Below are positions 22,446-33,534 of a stretch of 64,000 bases of DNA, piece by piece. The stretch is from contig CAVXKU010000019.1 in NCBI GenBank assembly GCA_963762335.1, forward strand, positions 19,765 to 83,764, written 5' to 3'. The position numbers and the translations under genes were made by a program. The notes below the pieces were generated by a model. That model was not told the origin of the DNA and made no database searches. It saw only the letters and a program-made list of their open reading frames with translations. Each line of letters begins with the position of its first letter. Positions within the stretch are counted from its first letter, which is position 1. Source of the stretch: an uncultured Alphaproteobacteria bacterium (lineage in GTDB: Bacteria; Pseudomonadota; Alphaproteobacteria; Rhizobiales; Beijerinckiaceae).

Positions 22446-23040
22446 CGTGGCCGGCGTCGGAGGACAGCTTGCCTTCGTCGACGCCGAGGATCGCGAGCGC
22501 CCGATCATATTTGCGCCGGAAATCGAGGTCGAAGATGAGGTCGGGCTCGGCGGGACAGGTGAGCCAACCGTTGGCCAGGATTTCACTCTCGAGCTGGCCC
22601 GAGGCCCAACCGGCGTAGCCAAGCGCGAGCACCGCCTGCGACGGGCCCGTCCCTTCGGCGATTGCGCGCAGGATGTCGAGCGTGGCGGTCAGGCAGACGT
22701 CGCCGATCTTGACCGTCGAATCGTTCGCGCCGTAATCGCTCGAATGAAGAACGAAGCCGCGTCCCGTCTCGACGGGTCCGCCGCGCAGTACGCGCACCGT
22801 CTCGGCGCGCGGCGGCAGGCGGATCGCTTCGGTCTCGGGCACGATGTCGAGCTGCACCAGCAGTTGCCCGAAATCGATCTCCTCGGCGCGTTGATTGATC
22901 ACGATGCCCATGGCGCCGTCGTCGCGATGCGCGCACATATAGACGACAGAGCGCGCAAAAGGCCCTTCCCGAAGCGAGGGCATCGCGATCAGGAACTGTC
23001 CTTCCAGACTGGTCGGCGGCGGGGCGTCTGCCCGTCTCAT
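22441..23040 (-). CDS. YqgE/AlgH-family protein
   Basis: [37 protein letters not shown]. Confidence 0.95.
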   Translation of the reverse strand: MRRADAPPPTSLEGQFLIAMPSLREGPFARSVVYMCAHRDDGAMGIVINQRAEEIDFGQLLVQLDIVPETEAIRLPPRAETVRVLRGGPVETGRGFVLHSSDYGANDSTVKIGDVCLTATLDILRAIAEGTGPSQAVLALGYAGWASGQLESEILANGWLTCPAEPDLIFDLDFRRKYDRALAILGVDEGKLSSDAGHA

Positions 23041-23123
23041 GATCGCCTTTCAAGTCACGCTTCCCGCGAGCGTCATCGATCGATGCTAGTTGAAATTCGT
23101 GGCATGGTATAGACAGAGGACGG

Positions 23124-23962
23124 ATGACTACAGATGTGTTGGTTAAGGGCTTCGCGCGGACAGGTTTAGCCCTGCCCATTGGATACGCGCTCGCATTGAG
23201 CTTTCGTCGTCGGACCGGCGTGCGCGACAGATTTGTTCTCGACCGAATGGGCGCCAGCCGCGAAATCTCGGGCGCGCCTTATCGCGGCCAGCCGCGACCT
23301 CGCGGGCTTCGAAATCGCTCTTGCGCCCGGCGCCATCACCTATTGGCGCGATCCTGGCGACGCTGGCCTGCCGCCGACGCTGGATTTCTCCGCTTCCGAC
23401 AATGTGGCGAGCGTCGAGACCGAGTTTCCAGCGCCGAAGCGTGTCAAAGAGGCCGACGGCGGCGAAGCGTTCGGCTACGACGGCGATGTCGTCTTTCCAT
23501 TGCGCATCAAGCTCACCGACCCGGCGAAGCCCGCGACGCTCAAGCTCAAAGCCGACTTCGCTGTGTGCGAGAAAGTGTGCCTCCCGGCCAAAGCGCACCT
23601 CGAGCTCAAACTTCCGTCCGGTGCAGCAGCGCCTCAAGCCAATGTGATTGACGCCGCGCTCGCGGCTGTCCCGCGTCCGGTCTCGCCGAAGGATTTCGGC
23701 ATGATCGAGGCGCTCGGCGCCGATAGCTGGCGCGTCTGTGCGCCGCATGAAGACGGCGCCGCCGCGCGACCTGTTTGTCGAGGCGCCGACCGGCTGGTGG
23801 CTGAAGGTTGCGCCCGCCCAGGTCGACGAAAAACACGACTGCTTCACGCTGACCATCGGCGACAAGCCGAAAGACGCCGCCTTTCCGATTGCGCTCAGGC
23901 TCACGCTCACTGGCGGCGCAGGGGCGGTCGAGACGACAGTCCAGGCCGCGACGAAGGGATAG
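23124..23962 (+). CDS. DsbD N-terminal-domain protein (periplasmic); frameshifts, start uncertain
   Basis: TYWRDPGDAGLPP, FPAP.R, FGY, AVCEKVCLP; lies between yqgE and the peroxiredoxin. Confidence 0.8.
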
Positions 23963-24115
23963 GCGCTTTAGAAGGGGACGAGCTTTCGTGCGGCTCGACC
24001 GGCTCCAAGCGGGCCGCCGACATAGCCCGCTTTACGGGCTTGGCGCCCGTCGTCTAGTGTCTCGGCCACGCCCGCGGCCGCGGAGCGGCCTGCCCCTGCA
24101 ACCAAGGACCTCCTC

Positions 24116-24604
24116 ATGACCATCAAAGTCGGCGATCGCCTGCCCAACGCCACCGTGCGATTGGTGACCCCTGACGGGGCAAAGCCGGTGGAAACGAAGG
24201 ATTACTTCGCCGGCAAAAAGATCGTGCTGTTCGGCCTGCCGGGCGCGTTCACCCCGACCTGCCACAAGAACCACCTGCCCGGCTTCATCGTCAGCGAGGC
24301 GGCGTTCAAGGCCAAGGGGGTCGACGCGATCGCCATGACCACGGTCAACGATCATTTCGTCCTCCAGGCCTGGTCGGACGCGACGGGCTCCAAGGGCCAT
24401 ATCGATTTTCTCGCTGACGGCGCCGGCGATTTCGCCAAGGCTCTCGGCCTCGAGTTCGACGCTTCAGCCGGAGGCTTGGGCGTACGCTCCAAGCGCTATG
24501 CAATGCTGGTGGAGGACGGGGTGGTGAAGGAACTCAACATCGAGCCCTCGCCCGGCCAGGCGGATGTTTCGAGCGCCGCGCATCTCCTGGAGCAGATGAA
24601 GTAG
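24116..24604 (+). CDS. Peroxiredoxin, Prx5 type
   Basis: GLPGAFTPTC, VNDHFV, FLADG, RSKRYAM. Confidence 0.95.
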   Translation: MTIKVGDRLPNATVRLVTPDGAKPVETKDYFAGKKIVLFGLPGAFTPTCHKNHLPGFIVSEAAFKAKGVDAIAMTTVNDHFVLQAWSDATGSKGHIDFLADGAGDFAKALGLEFDASAGGLGVRSKRYAMLVEDGVVKELNIEPSPGQADVSSAAHLLEQMK

Positions 24605-24622
24605 GCCGCGGGAAGGCCGCCT

Positions 24623-25656
24623 TCAGGCAGGTTTGCTCGCCCTGGTCAGCATCGTAATCCCGGAGAGCATGGTCTCCGTGCCTTCAATCCTAAAGCCGGC
24701 GTCGCGCAACGCCTGCTCGACATAGGCGGGGGTGAGGCAAACGGCCGTTGGATTGTCCAAGACGGAGCCCAAAAGATACCAGGCGGCAAAGGGCGGACCT
24801 TCACGCGCGTCGTCGACCATGAAGTCGTGGATGAGCGCGAGCCCGCCCGGCGGCAGTGCATCGAAGGCGTGCTTGGCCAGGGCGGCGATATCGGCCTCCC
24901 CGACCGCGCTCCAGACATAGGACATGAGGACGACGTCATGTCCCGCCGGCCAGTCGACTTTGATCGCGTTGCCGGCGAGATGCGCAATTCTGTCGGACAG
25001 GCCAGCCTCCCGCGCATATCGCTCGGCCGTATCCACGGTCTCTGGGAAATCGAGGATTGTCGCCTCAAGGCGCGGATTGGCGGCGCACAACGCGATGCTG
25101 TAGGCCCCGCTGCCCCCGCCCACGTCCAGGAGCTTATGACGATCCTTGAGATCGAGCCGCTTGGCCAAAAGTCGCGCGGGCCCGAGCGAGCCGGTGTGCT
25201 GCGCGGCGCTGAACCGCTCGCCGCCGATCCCGGCGTCATAGATCATCCCTTCGTAAATCCCTTGTCCGGGAATATCCGTTCGCCGCGCAGCGCCGCGCCG
25301 AGATGGCGGAAGCTCTCGTAGCCGAACTCGCCATTGACGAATTGGACGTAGTCGCGGAAGTCGCCGGGCGCCCCGGCGACAAGGTAGCGCGCCGTCCCCG
25401 GCGCGTTGATGAAACAGCCGCCTTCCTCGCTGATCAGCCCGAGGGATTTGAGGGCGCTCAGCAACGTTATCAGGCGATTCTCCGCGATGCCTGCGGCCGC
25501 TGCGAGTGCGCGTGTCGAGTCGAGACCTCGCGAGATATGGGTGAAGAGATCGAACTCAAGCGCGACGAACAGCGCCTTGGAAGCCATGAACCCATAGGTG
25601 ATCGCTGAGATGTCTCGGACGTCTTCGATCGGCCTCGGCCGCCCTTCGCGCGCCAT
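24623..25656 (-). CDS. SAM-dependent methyltransferase with dimerisation domain, DsyB-like; frameshift near 25255
   Basis: ISAITYGFMASKALF, QHTGSLGPA, LDVGGGSG, LMSY, IHDF; ORFs 25243-25656 and 24623-25246. Confidence 0.85.
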
Positions 25657-25667
25657 TCCCCCTCCGA

Positions 25668-26645
25668 TTATCGGACCCGCAGCACCATCCGCCCCTGAAC
25701 GCTTCGCTCGGCAACAGCGCGCATTGCCTCCGCCGCCCGCTCGAGCGGCAGCACACGGTCGACGCGCGGGCGCAACCGTCCCTCTCCGACAAGCGCCATG
25801 ATTTTGTCCGACGCCAGCGCGGCTTCGTCCGGAAACTTGTTCGACCAGGCCGCGGAGAAGACGCCGACAATCGAATAGTTCTTCAATAAGGGCAGGTTCA
25901 TCGGGAGCGACGGGATCTCGCCGCCGACAAATCCCATCGGGATCAGCCGGCCGTTCCAGCGCATGAGACGGGCAAGGGTCAGAAACAACGCCCCGCCGAT
26001 ATTGTCCACGCCGACGTCAATTCCCTCGCCCTTGGTCAGCGCCTTCACCCGTTCGCGCACGTCCTCGCACGAATAGTCGATGACGTGGTCGGCGCCGCCG
26101 TCGCGCGCAGCCTGCGCCTTCGCAGCCGATCCGACCGCCGCAATGACTTGGCCGCCGATCAGACGCGCGACTTCGACGCAAGCCAGGCCAACGCCGCCTG
26201 CCGCGCCGGTAATGAGCACGATTTCGCCAGGCTGTAAGCGCGCGCGGTCAACGAGGGCGTACCAAGCAGTGAGATAGGCGTGGAGAACGGTCGAGCCGAC
26301 GAAGAAATCCACGTTGTCGGGTAGTCGCGCGCTTTTCGAGGCTTTTGCGACCATGCGATCGGCAAAGCCGCCGAACCAGTTGCTGCAGGCGACCCGGTCG
26401 CCTGGGCGAAAGCGCTCAACCTTGTCGCCGACCGCGACGACAACCCCGGCCGCGTCGGTTCCCGGCGCGTAGGGAAGGGCCGGCCTCATCTGATAGCCGC
26501 CTGAGGCCATCAGATAGTCCATGTAGCTCACCGAGGCGGCGTGAACGTCGATCAGAATCTCGTCGTCAGCCAGAGCGGGCTCCGCCGTCTCGCCCATGCT
26601 GAGCGCCGCAATCCCTTCGAATCGATCGCAAAGAACCGCGCGCAT
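25668..26645 (-). CDS. NADPH:quinone oxidoreductase (MDR family)
   Basis: G.YQ.RP.LPY.PG, ITGAAGGVG, LPLLKN. Confidence 0.9.
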   Translation of the reverse strand: MRAVLCDRFEGIAALSMGETAEPALADDEILIDVHAASVSYMDYLMASGGYQMRPALPYAPGTDAAGVVVAVGDKVERFRPGDRVACSNWFGGFADRMVAKASKSARLPDNVDFFVGSTVLHAYLTAWYALVDRARLQPGEIVLITGAAGGVGLACVEVARLIGGQVIAAVGSAAKAQAARDGGADHVIDYSCEDVRERVKALTKGEGIDVGVDNIGGALFLTLARLMRWNGRLIPMGFVGGEIPSLPMNLPLLKNYSIVGVFSAAWSNKFPDEAALASDKIMALVGEGRLRPRVDRVLPLERAAEAMRAVAERSVQGRMVLRVR

Positions 26646-27104
26646 CTGCCCTCATGACCAAATAAAAAGTGCGCCTTACCCGGGAACGGTTAGATCAACT
26701 GTGATCCAGCGCACACCGCAGCCACTTTTGATCGCGGGACCTGGGCGCGCCGTAGGGACCACGACGAATCCGGTCAGCGCGGTGAGCGCAGCGAGTTCGG
26801 GTGAGAAGAAAGTGGCCCAGTCGGGCGTAAGCGGCATGCCGCCGGCTGCATCCTCTGCATCATTGCGATCACGCTCAGCGCCCGTGTGCTGATGGGCGGG
26901 CTGTGTCTTGGCCGGCGCTCAGGACGAGTTCTCGCCCGCGCACCGCCGCGATCAGAACTGTCAAATGATGGGGAGTTCTACCTATTGCCGACCGGGTTTG
27001 GCGGTTTCATCGTGTGATGGGGCTTAACCCACCCGCGCACGCCAAGGGGGGAAGTCTCTGATTGGGTCCGCTGGCGTGTTCGTGGCGCACAAGGACAAAC
27101 CAAA

Positions 27105-27506
27105 ATGCGAATGGTCATCTGGCTGGGTGCACTTGCCGCTGTATCACTGGTGAATACTGCACTTGCGGAGAGCGCGCCTGCGCTGCCGACTTCGGCGAAA
27201 AAGCTTACGGGCAAAGAGATTACGGCGCTTTATGACGGCGCGACGGTCAACTTCAACAACTTCACGATGAAGCAACCGCTAACCGGAACCGATACTTACG
27301 ATCTGAAGGCGCATTCGCACCAGGGGACGTACACTCTTGCAGGCAAAAGCGGGAGTTTCTCCGGAGCGGCGCGAGTGAAGGGAGACCAGTTCTGCCACCG
27401 GGAGGGAAGCGGCGGCGAGCACTGTGCATTCGTTTATACCGACGGCGCGGACATCTACGAGGTGAGCGCCAAGGGAATCGTGGAGTCGCAAAACCACAAG
27501 CATTGA
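27105..27506 (+). CDS. Hypothetical secreted protein, DUF995-like
   Basis: Signal peptide, KKLTGKEI..LY.G, VKGDQFC......C. Confidence 0.6.
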   Translation: MRMVIWLGALAAVSLVNTALAESAPALPTSAKKLTGKEITALYDGATVNFNNFTMKQPLTGTDTYDLKAHSHQGTYTLAGKSGSFSGAARVKGDQFCHREGSGGEHCAFVYTDGADIYEVSAKGIVESQNHKH

Positions 27507-27565
27507 CGCTTCGACGAGCGGCCGACTGACAATTCCGCGAAAAGGCTCGCAAAAAAGAGGCCCTC

Positions 27566-28864
27566 TTACCGCATGTTCCCCGTATGCCCGAGCGAGTAGC
27601 GCCCGGGCTGCGGCCAGACGGTGAGCCCGTGCGGCATGCCGCCCACGGTAATCGACTTCACCGAGCCGTCATCGGTGTTGAAGGCGTAGATGACGCCGTC
27701 GTAGCGGCCGGATAGCCAGAGCTGTTTGCCGTCGGCGGAGAGATTGCCCATGTCCGGGCTGCCGCCGCCGGGAACGGTCCAGTTGGCGACGACCTTGCGG
27801 CTCGCAAAATCGATCACCGAGACGCTGCCGGGGCCCCTTCGCGCGCCGCCGAGACTGTGGGTGCCACGGTTCGTGACGTAAAGTTTCGTTCCGTCGCGGC
27901 TCGGGTACAGTCCGTGCGCGCCGACGCCGGTCTTGATGAAATCGACCTGTCCGAACGAATCGCCGTCGATCACCATGACGCCGTCGCCGATGAGGTCGGC
28001 GATGAAGAAGATCTTGCCGTCCGGCGCCACACGGATGTCCTGCGGCATATGGCCGGGCGTCAGCGGCAATGTCTCCACGAGCGTGTGATGGACGAGATCG
28101 ATCTTGGCGAGGGAATCGTTGAATTCGCAGGTGAAGATTGCGTAGGAGCCATCGGGCGCAAAGTCGGCGTGGTTGATCCCCGCGCATTGGGGCGTCGCGA
28201 TGTAGCCCTGCAGCGCCATCGTGTGGGGGTCGCGGAACTCGAGCCGCCGCATCGCTTCGGCAACCACGATCGCGGACTTGCCGTCGGGGGTGAAATAAAT
28301 GTTGTAGGAATTGGGGACGTCGATCGTCTTGCCGAGCTTCCCCGTTCTCGGATCGATCGGCGCGACGCCGCCGTGGCCGCCACGGGCGCTCACATCCGCC
28401 GAAACCCACAGCGTCTGCAGATCCCAGGACGGAACGATGTGCTCCGGGCTCGGCATGGCGGCCAGGCTGTCGATCACTTTGAACGTCTCGGGATCGATCA
28501 CGTCGACCTTGCCGGTCACGAGATTGGGCGAATAGACCCGCGAGGGCTGTCCTGCGACAGCCGGGCTGAACATGCCGGCGCCCGCGCCGGCGTAGACATT
28601 GTGCGGATCGACGGGCGCCGGCATCGACAGGTTGGCGGGCGGCATGAGAATCGGCCGCTCGGCTCCGAGCTGATAGGCGGCAAGCGCGATGAAGTCGGCG
28701 GCCGTCCGGCCTTGTTCGAGGACGCTGCTGCACACATAAGCGCAAGCGGAGCCTTCGACGCACGCGGTCGGAACGGTGAATGACTGCGCGCCGCGCAGTC
28801 CGAAGCCGGCGCCGACAGCGATCGCTATCGCTGCCGCGGCGGCCAAGCCGTTGCGAAAAGCCAT
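27566..28864 (-). CDS. YVTN/YncE beta-propeller protein
   Basis: VIDP.TFKVI, HIVPSWD, LYVTNRG, GGSPDMG, PHGL..WPQPGRYSLGHTG. Confidence 0.88.
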   Translation of the reverse strand: MAFRNGLAAAAAIAIAVGAGFGLRGAQSFTVPTACVEGSACAYVCSSVLEQGRTAADFIALAAYQLGAERPILMPPANLSMPAPVDPHNVYAGAGAGMFSPAVAGQPSRVYSPNLVTGKVDVIDPETFKVIDSLAAMPSPEHIVPSWDLQTLWVSADVSARGGHGGVAPIDPRTGKLGKTIDVPNSYNIYFTPDGKSAIVVAEAMRRLEFRDPHTMALQGYIATPQCAGINHADFAPDGSYAIFTCEFNDSLAKIDLVHHTLVETLPLTPGHMPQDIRVAPDGKIFFIADLIGDGVMVIDGDSFGQVDFIKTGVGAHGLYPSRDGTKLYVTNRGTHSLGGARRGPGSVSVIDFASRKVVANWTVPGGGSPDMGNLSADGKQLWLSGRYDGVIYAFNTDDGSVKSITVGGMPHGLTVWPQPGRYSLGHTGNMR

Positions 28865-29024
28865 TCCTCGCCCTTTTCCATCGAGCCCGCCAGCCGAACG
28901 GCGATTCGGCGCAACCCGAGAAGCGAAACTGCAACCGCAACAATGACTGTTCGATGAACGGCGCCGAGCGATTCTGCCGCTCGGGCGGCCCGCGATGGCG
29001 CTTGGAGGCCGCATCGCTTATGTG

Positions 29025-32000
29025 ATGGCCATGACCCAGCCCCATCGCCCGGTCGGCCCCGGCGACCATGTTTTTCTCGTCGACGGCTCGTCGTTCGTCT
29101 TCCGCGCCTATTACCAGTCGATCCGGCAGGATCAGAAATACAATTATCGAACCGACCGCCTGCCGACCGGCGCGGTGCGGCTTTTCGCGACCAAGGTGCT
29201 GCAGTTCATTCGCGACGGGGCGGGCGGCCACAAGCCGACCCATCTCGCCATGATCTTCGACAAGACGGAGAACTCGTTCCGGCGCGACATCTATCCGCAA
29301 TACAAGGCGCACCGGAAGGATCCGCCGGACGAGCTGGTGCCGCAATTCCCGCTGATGCGCGCCACCGTTTCGGCCTTCGGCATGGTCCCGATCGAGCAGG
29401 GCCGCTACGAGGCCGACGACATCATCGCCACCTATGCCCGGCAGGCGCGCGAAGCCGGCGCGGACGTGCTCATCGTCTCCGCCGACAAGGACCTCATGCA
29501 GCTCGTCGAGCCGGGCGTGTCGATGTACGACCCGGCTTCGGGCCAGGCAGGCGTCGCCGGCTCTCGCGAGGAGCGGCGCTTCGGCCCGGCCGAGGTCGTC
29601 GAATATTTCGGCGTCGGACCCGACAAGGTGGTCGACGTCCAGGCGCTCGCCGGCGATTCGACCGACAATGTGCCGGGCGCGCCCGGCATCGGCCTCAAGA
29701 CCGCCGCTCAGCTCATCACCGAATATGGCGATCTCGAGACGCTGCTCGCGCGCGCAGGCGAGATCAAACAGCCCAAGCGCCGCGAAGCGCTGACCAATCC
29801 CGAGACGGTCAAGCTGATCCGCGTGTCGAAGCAGCTCGTGACCTTGGATCGCGACGTGCCGGTCGAGACGCCGCTCGAGGCGCTCGCGACGCCGGAGCTC
29901 GACGGCAAGCGGCTCGTCTCCTTCTGCAAGGCGATGGAGCTTACGACGCTCACCCGGCGCGTCGCCGAGATCTGCGGCGTCGACGTGGCGTCGATCGAAC
30001 CGGACCCGCGCTTCGTCGGCCCCGCGGCTTGGCCGGGCGGCAAGGGCGTGGCGCTATTGGAACGAGAAGGAGACGCGCCGGCAGAAGGCGCGCCCCCTGC
30101 TGCGGCGGCCCCTGCTCCCACGCCGCGCGAGCCGAAGGCCGCCCCGCAAGGGACCGCGCCCGCTGACCTCGCCGCCGCGCGAGCAACAGAGGCGCGCGCG
30201 CCGATCGATCGCACGGCCTACAAGATCGTGCGGACCGCCGATGAACTTGGCGCATGGATCGCGCGCGCGCGAGGATGAAGGCGTCGTCGCCATCGACACC
30301 GAGATCTCGTCGGCCGACCCGCTGCAAGGCGAACTCATCGGCCTCTCGCTCGCGGTTCGCCCAGGAGAAGCCTGCTACGTCCCGATCGGGCATCGACCGG
30401 CGCCGACGATCTGTTCGACGGCGGCGGCCTCGCGCCCGACCAGATTGCCGGAAGCCGATGCGATCGCGCTTCTGAAGCCGTTGCTCGAGTCGCCGGGCGT
30501 GCTCAAGATCGGCCACGACGTCAAGTTCGACATGCACGTGCTCGCGATGCGCGGCGTTCGTGTCGCGCCGATCGACGATACCATGCTGCTCTCCTACACG
30601 CTCGACGCGGGCGCGACCGGCGACGACCACAGCATGGTTACGCTCTCCGAACGCTTTCTCGGCCACAAACCCATTCCCTTAAGCGAGGTCGCCGGCTCGG
30701 GCCGCAATTTCATCGGGCTCGCGCGCGCGTCGATCGAAAAGGCGCTGCGAATACGCCGCGGAGAACGCCGACATCACCTTGCGTCTGCTGGCGCGTGTTG
30801 CAGCCGCGCCTCGTCGCCGAGCGAATGACGACGGTCTACGAGACGCTCGAGCGTCCGCTGGTCGAGGTTCTGGCGCGCATGGAGCGGCGCGGCATCGCCA
30901 TCGACCGCAACATCCTGTCGCGCCTGACGGGCGAGTTCTCGCAGCGCATGGCGCGGGCTCGAGGCCGAGATCAGCACGATCGTCGGCGCGCCCTTCAACC
31001 TCGGCTCGCCGAAACAGCTTGGCGACATCCTGTTCGGCCAGATGGGCCTGCCCGGCGGCAAGAAGACCGCGACCGGCGCCTGGTCGACCACGGCGAGCGT
31101 GCTCGACGACCTGGCCGCCGAAGGCCATCAATTGCCGGCGCGCGTTCTCGAATGGCGCCAGATCGCCAAGCTCAAGTCGACCTACACCGACGCGCTGCCG
31201 GGCTTCGTCAATCCCTCGACCGGCCGCGTCCACACGTCCTACGCGCTGGCCTCGACGACGACCGGGCGGCTGTCGTCGTCCGAGCCGAACCTGCAGAACA
31301 TTCCGATCCGCACCGAGGAGGGGCGCAAGATCCGCCGCGCCTTCGTCGCGCCGCAAGGCCGCAAGCTGATCTCGGCCGACTACAGCCAGATCGAATTGCG
31401 CCTTCTCGCCCATCTCGCCGACATTCCGGCGCTGAAGCGCGCCTTCGCCGACGAACTCGACATTCACGCGATGACCGCTTCCGAAATGTTCGGCGTGCCG
31501 ATCGAGGGCATGCCGAGCGAAGTGCGCCGGCGCGCCAAGGCGATCAATTTCGGCATCATCTACGGCATTTCGGCCTTCGGCCTCGCCAATCAGCTCGGCA
31601 TCCCGCGCGACGAGGCGGGCGCCTATATCCGGAAATATTTCGAGCGCTTCCCCGGCATTCGCGACTATATGGAGGCGACGAAGAAGATCGCGCGCGCCAA
31701 CGGCTATGTGACGCACCATGTTCGGCCGCAAGTGCCACTATCCGCGCATCAACGCCTCCAATCCTTCCGAGCGCGCGTTCAACGAGCGCGCCGCGATCAA
31801 CGCGCCGCTCCAGGGCTCGGCCGCCGACATCATCCGCCGCGCGATGATCCGCATGGACGACGCGCTCACGAAAGCCGGGCTTGAGCGCGCAGATGCTGCT
31901 CAGGTCCACGACGAACTGGTGTTCGAGGCGCCCGACGACGAGGTCGAGGCGACGATGCCGGTCGTCGCCAAGGTGATGGTCGACGCGCCGGAGCCTGCGG

Positions 32001-32066
32001 TCCAGCCTGCATGTGCCGCTGCAGGTCGACGCGCGCGCGGCGCAGAACTGGGACGAGGCGCACTAG
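29025..32066 (+). CDS. polA: DNA polymerase I; several indels
   Basis: LVDGSSFVFRAY, EADDIIA, LAGDSTDNVPG, AIDTE, TTTGRLSSSEPNLQNIP, ADYSQIELR, KAINFGIIYG, QVHDELVFE, WDEAH*. Confidence 0.96.
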
Positions 32067-32094
32067 CGTGTCACGGCGTTCCTCGGTCCGTGGT

Positions 32095-32224
32095 CCGTCA
32101 TTGCGAGCCGCAGGGCGTCGAAAGACGCCCGTCCTTCCGGACGGGCTATGGCGAAGCAATCTAGGGGCCGCCGCCGCCCTATGATCTCTGGATTGCTTCG
32201 TCGCTTCACTCCTCGCAATGACGG
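32095..32224. repeat. Palindromic intergenic repeat with a nested second REP
   Basis: Terminal inverted repeat CCGTCATTGCGAG...CTCGCAATGACGG; inner CGAAGCAATC...GATTGCTTCG; nested gggcgtcgaaagacgcccgtccttccggacgggctatgg. Confidence 0.85.
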
Positions 32225-32230
32225 CTTCGC

Positions 32231-33401
32231 ATGAGCCGCATCGCTGACCGCTATCGCGCGCTCGTCTCCGAGCGCGGGTTCGAGTCCGATCCCGCACAGG
32301 CGGAGCTCGTCCGCAAGCTGGACGCCCTCGCCGTCAAACTGAAGGGCTACAAGGCGGAGGCGAAAGCCGAGCGGCCTCTCAAGACTGTTTGGCGCGAAGC
32401 CCGCCGAGCCGCCGCGCGGCCTTTACATCCATGGGTCCGTCGGGCGCGGCAAGACGATGCTGATGGACATGTTCTTCGACGCGGTCGAGACTCCACGCAA
32501 GCGCCGGGCGCATTTTCACGCCTTCATGGCTGACGTGCATGCCCGCCTCAATCTTTGGCGCCAGGCGCTGAAGCGCGGCGAGGTCGCCGGCGAAGACCCA
32601 ATCGCGCCAGTCGCGGCGGATCTGGCGCGCGAGGCTTCGCTCCTTTGCTTCGACGAGTTTTCGGTGCGCGACATCGCGGACGCGATGATCCTGAGCCGGC
32701 TGTTCACGGCCCTCTTCGCCGCTGGCGTCGTGGTGGTCGCGACCTCGAATGTCGCGCCGAACGACCTTTACAAGGACGGGCTCAATCGCGCTTTGTTCCT
32801 GCCGTTCATTGCGCTTATCGAGGAGCGGCTCGACGTCTTCGAGCTCAACGCGCGCACCGACTACAGGCTCGAGAAGCTCAAGCGCGCGCCGGTCTATTAT
32901 ACGCCGCTCGGCCCGAAGGCGGATTCCGCGCTCGACGCGGCGTTCCTGACGCTGACCGGCCATGAGCGCGGCGAGCCAGTTCAAATCGAACTTCTCGGGC
33001 GCCATCTCGACGTGCCGCAGGCGATCGACGGCGTCGCCCGATTCGATTTCGACGCGCTTTGCCGCCGCCCGCTCGGCGCGGCCGACTATCTCAAGCTCGC
33101 GCAGCGCTTTCACACGCTCGTGCTCGACCGCATCCCGGTGATCGGCGCCAGCGAGCGCAACGAGGCGAAGCGGTTCATCATCCTTATCGACGCTCTCTAC
33201 GACATGCGCGTCAAGCTGATCGCCTCGGCCGCCGGCGAACCGGAGACGCTCTATTCAGGCGCCGACGGCGCTGAGGCGTTCGAATTCGAGAGGACTGCGT
33301 CGCGGCTCTTCGAGATGCGCTCGGCCGAGTATCTTGCGCTGCCCCATGGGCGCGAAAGCGGAGCGCAGGCCGGCGATCTCGGCGGCATCGCGGAGACGTG
33401 A
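32231..33401 (+). CDS. zapE: Cell division ATPase ZapE (AFG1 family); frameshift near 32370
   Basis: GLYIHGSVGRGKTMLMD, HFHAFM, LCFDEF, ATSN, LYKDGLNR, KRFIILID. Confidence 0.92.
33333..33392 (+). repeat. zapE 3' end, direct repeat paired with 36668-36727
   Basis: LALPHGRESGAQAGDLGGIA versus LALPHGREGGAQASDLGGIA. Confidence 0.9.
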
Positions 33402-33534
33402 GCCACACGAGACGGAGAGCGCGTCGCAAATGGCTGAGCTTGTCTCCGCCGCGCCACGCCATCGTCTCCGACGTATCGAGCAGCGAATCCCTGTCGCCTT
33501 CGCGATGAGACGCCGCGGCTGAACTTCTTTGCGG

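Noticed and set aside
26650-27100. Possible riboswitch or small gene in the 450-bp intergenic region
   Set aside because: No recognisable RNA motif or convincing ORF.
27669-29345. Long alternative-frame or antisense ORFs (also 16485-17792, 49732-51261, 57521-58867)
   Set aside because: These are shadow ORFs expected in high-GC DNA, overlapping well-supported genes and lacking recognisable motifs.
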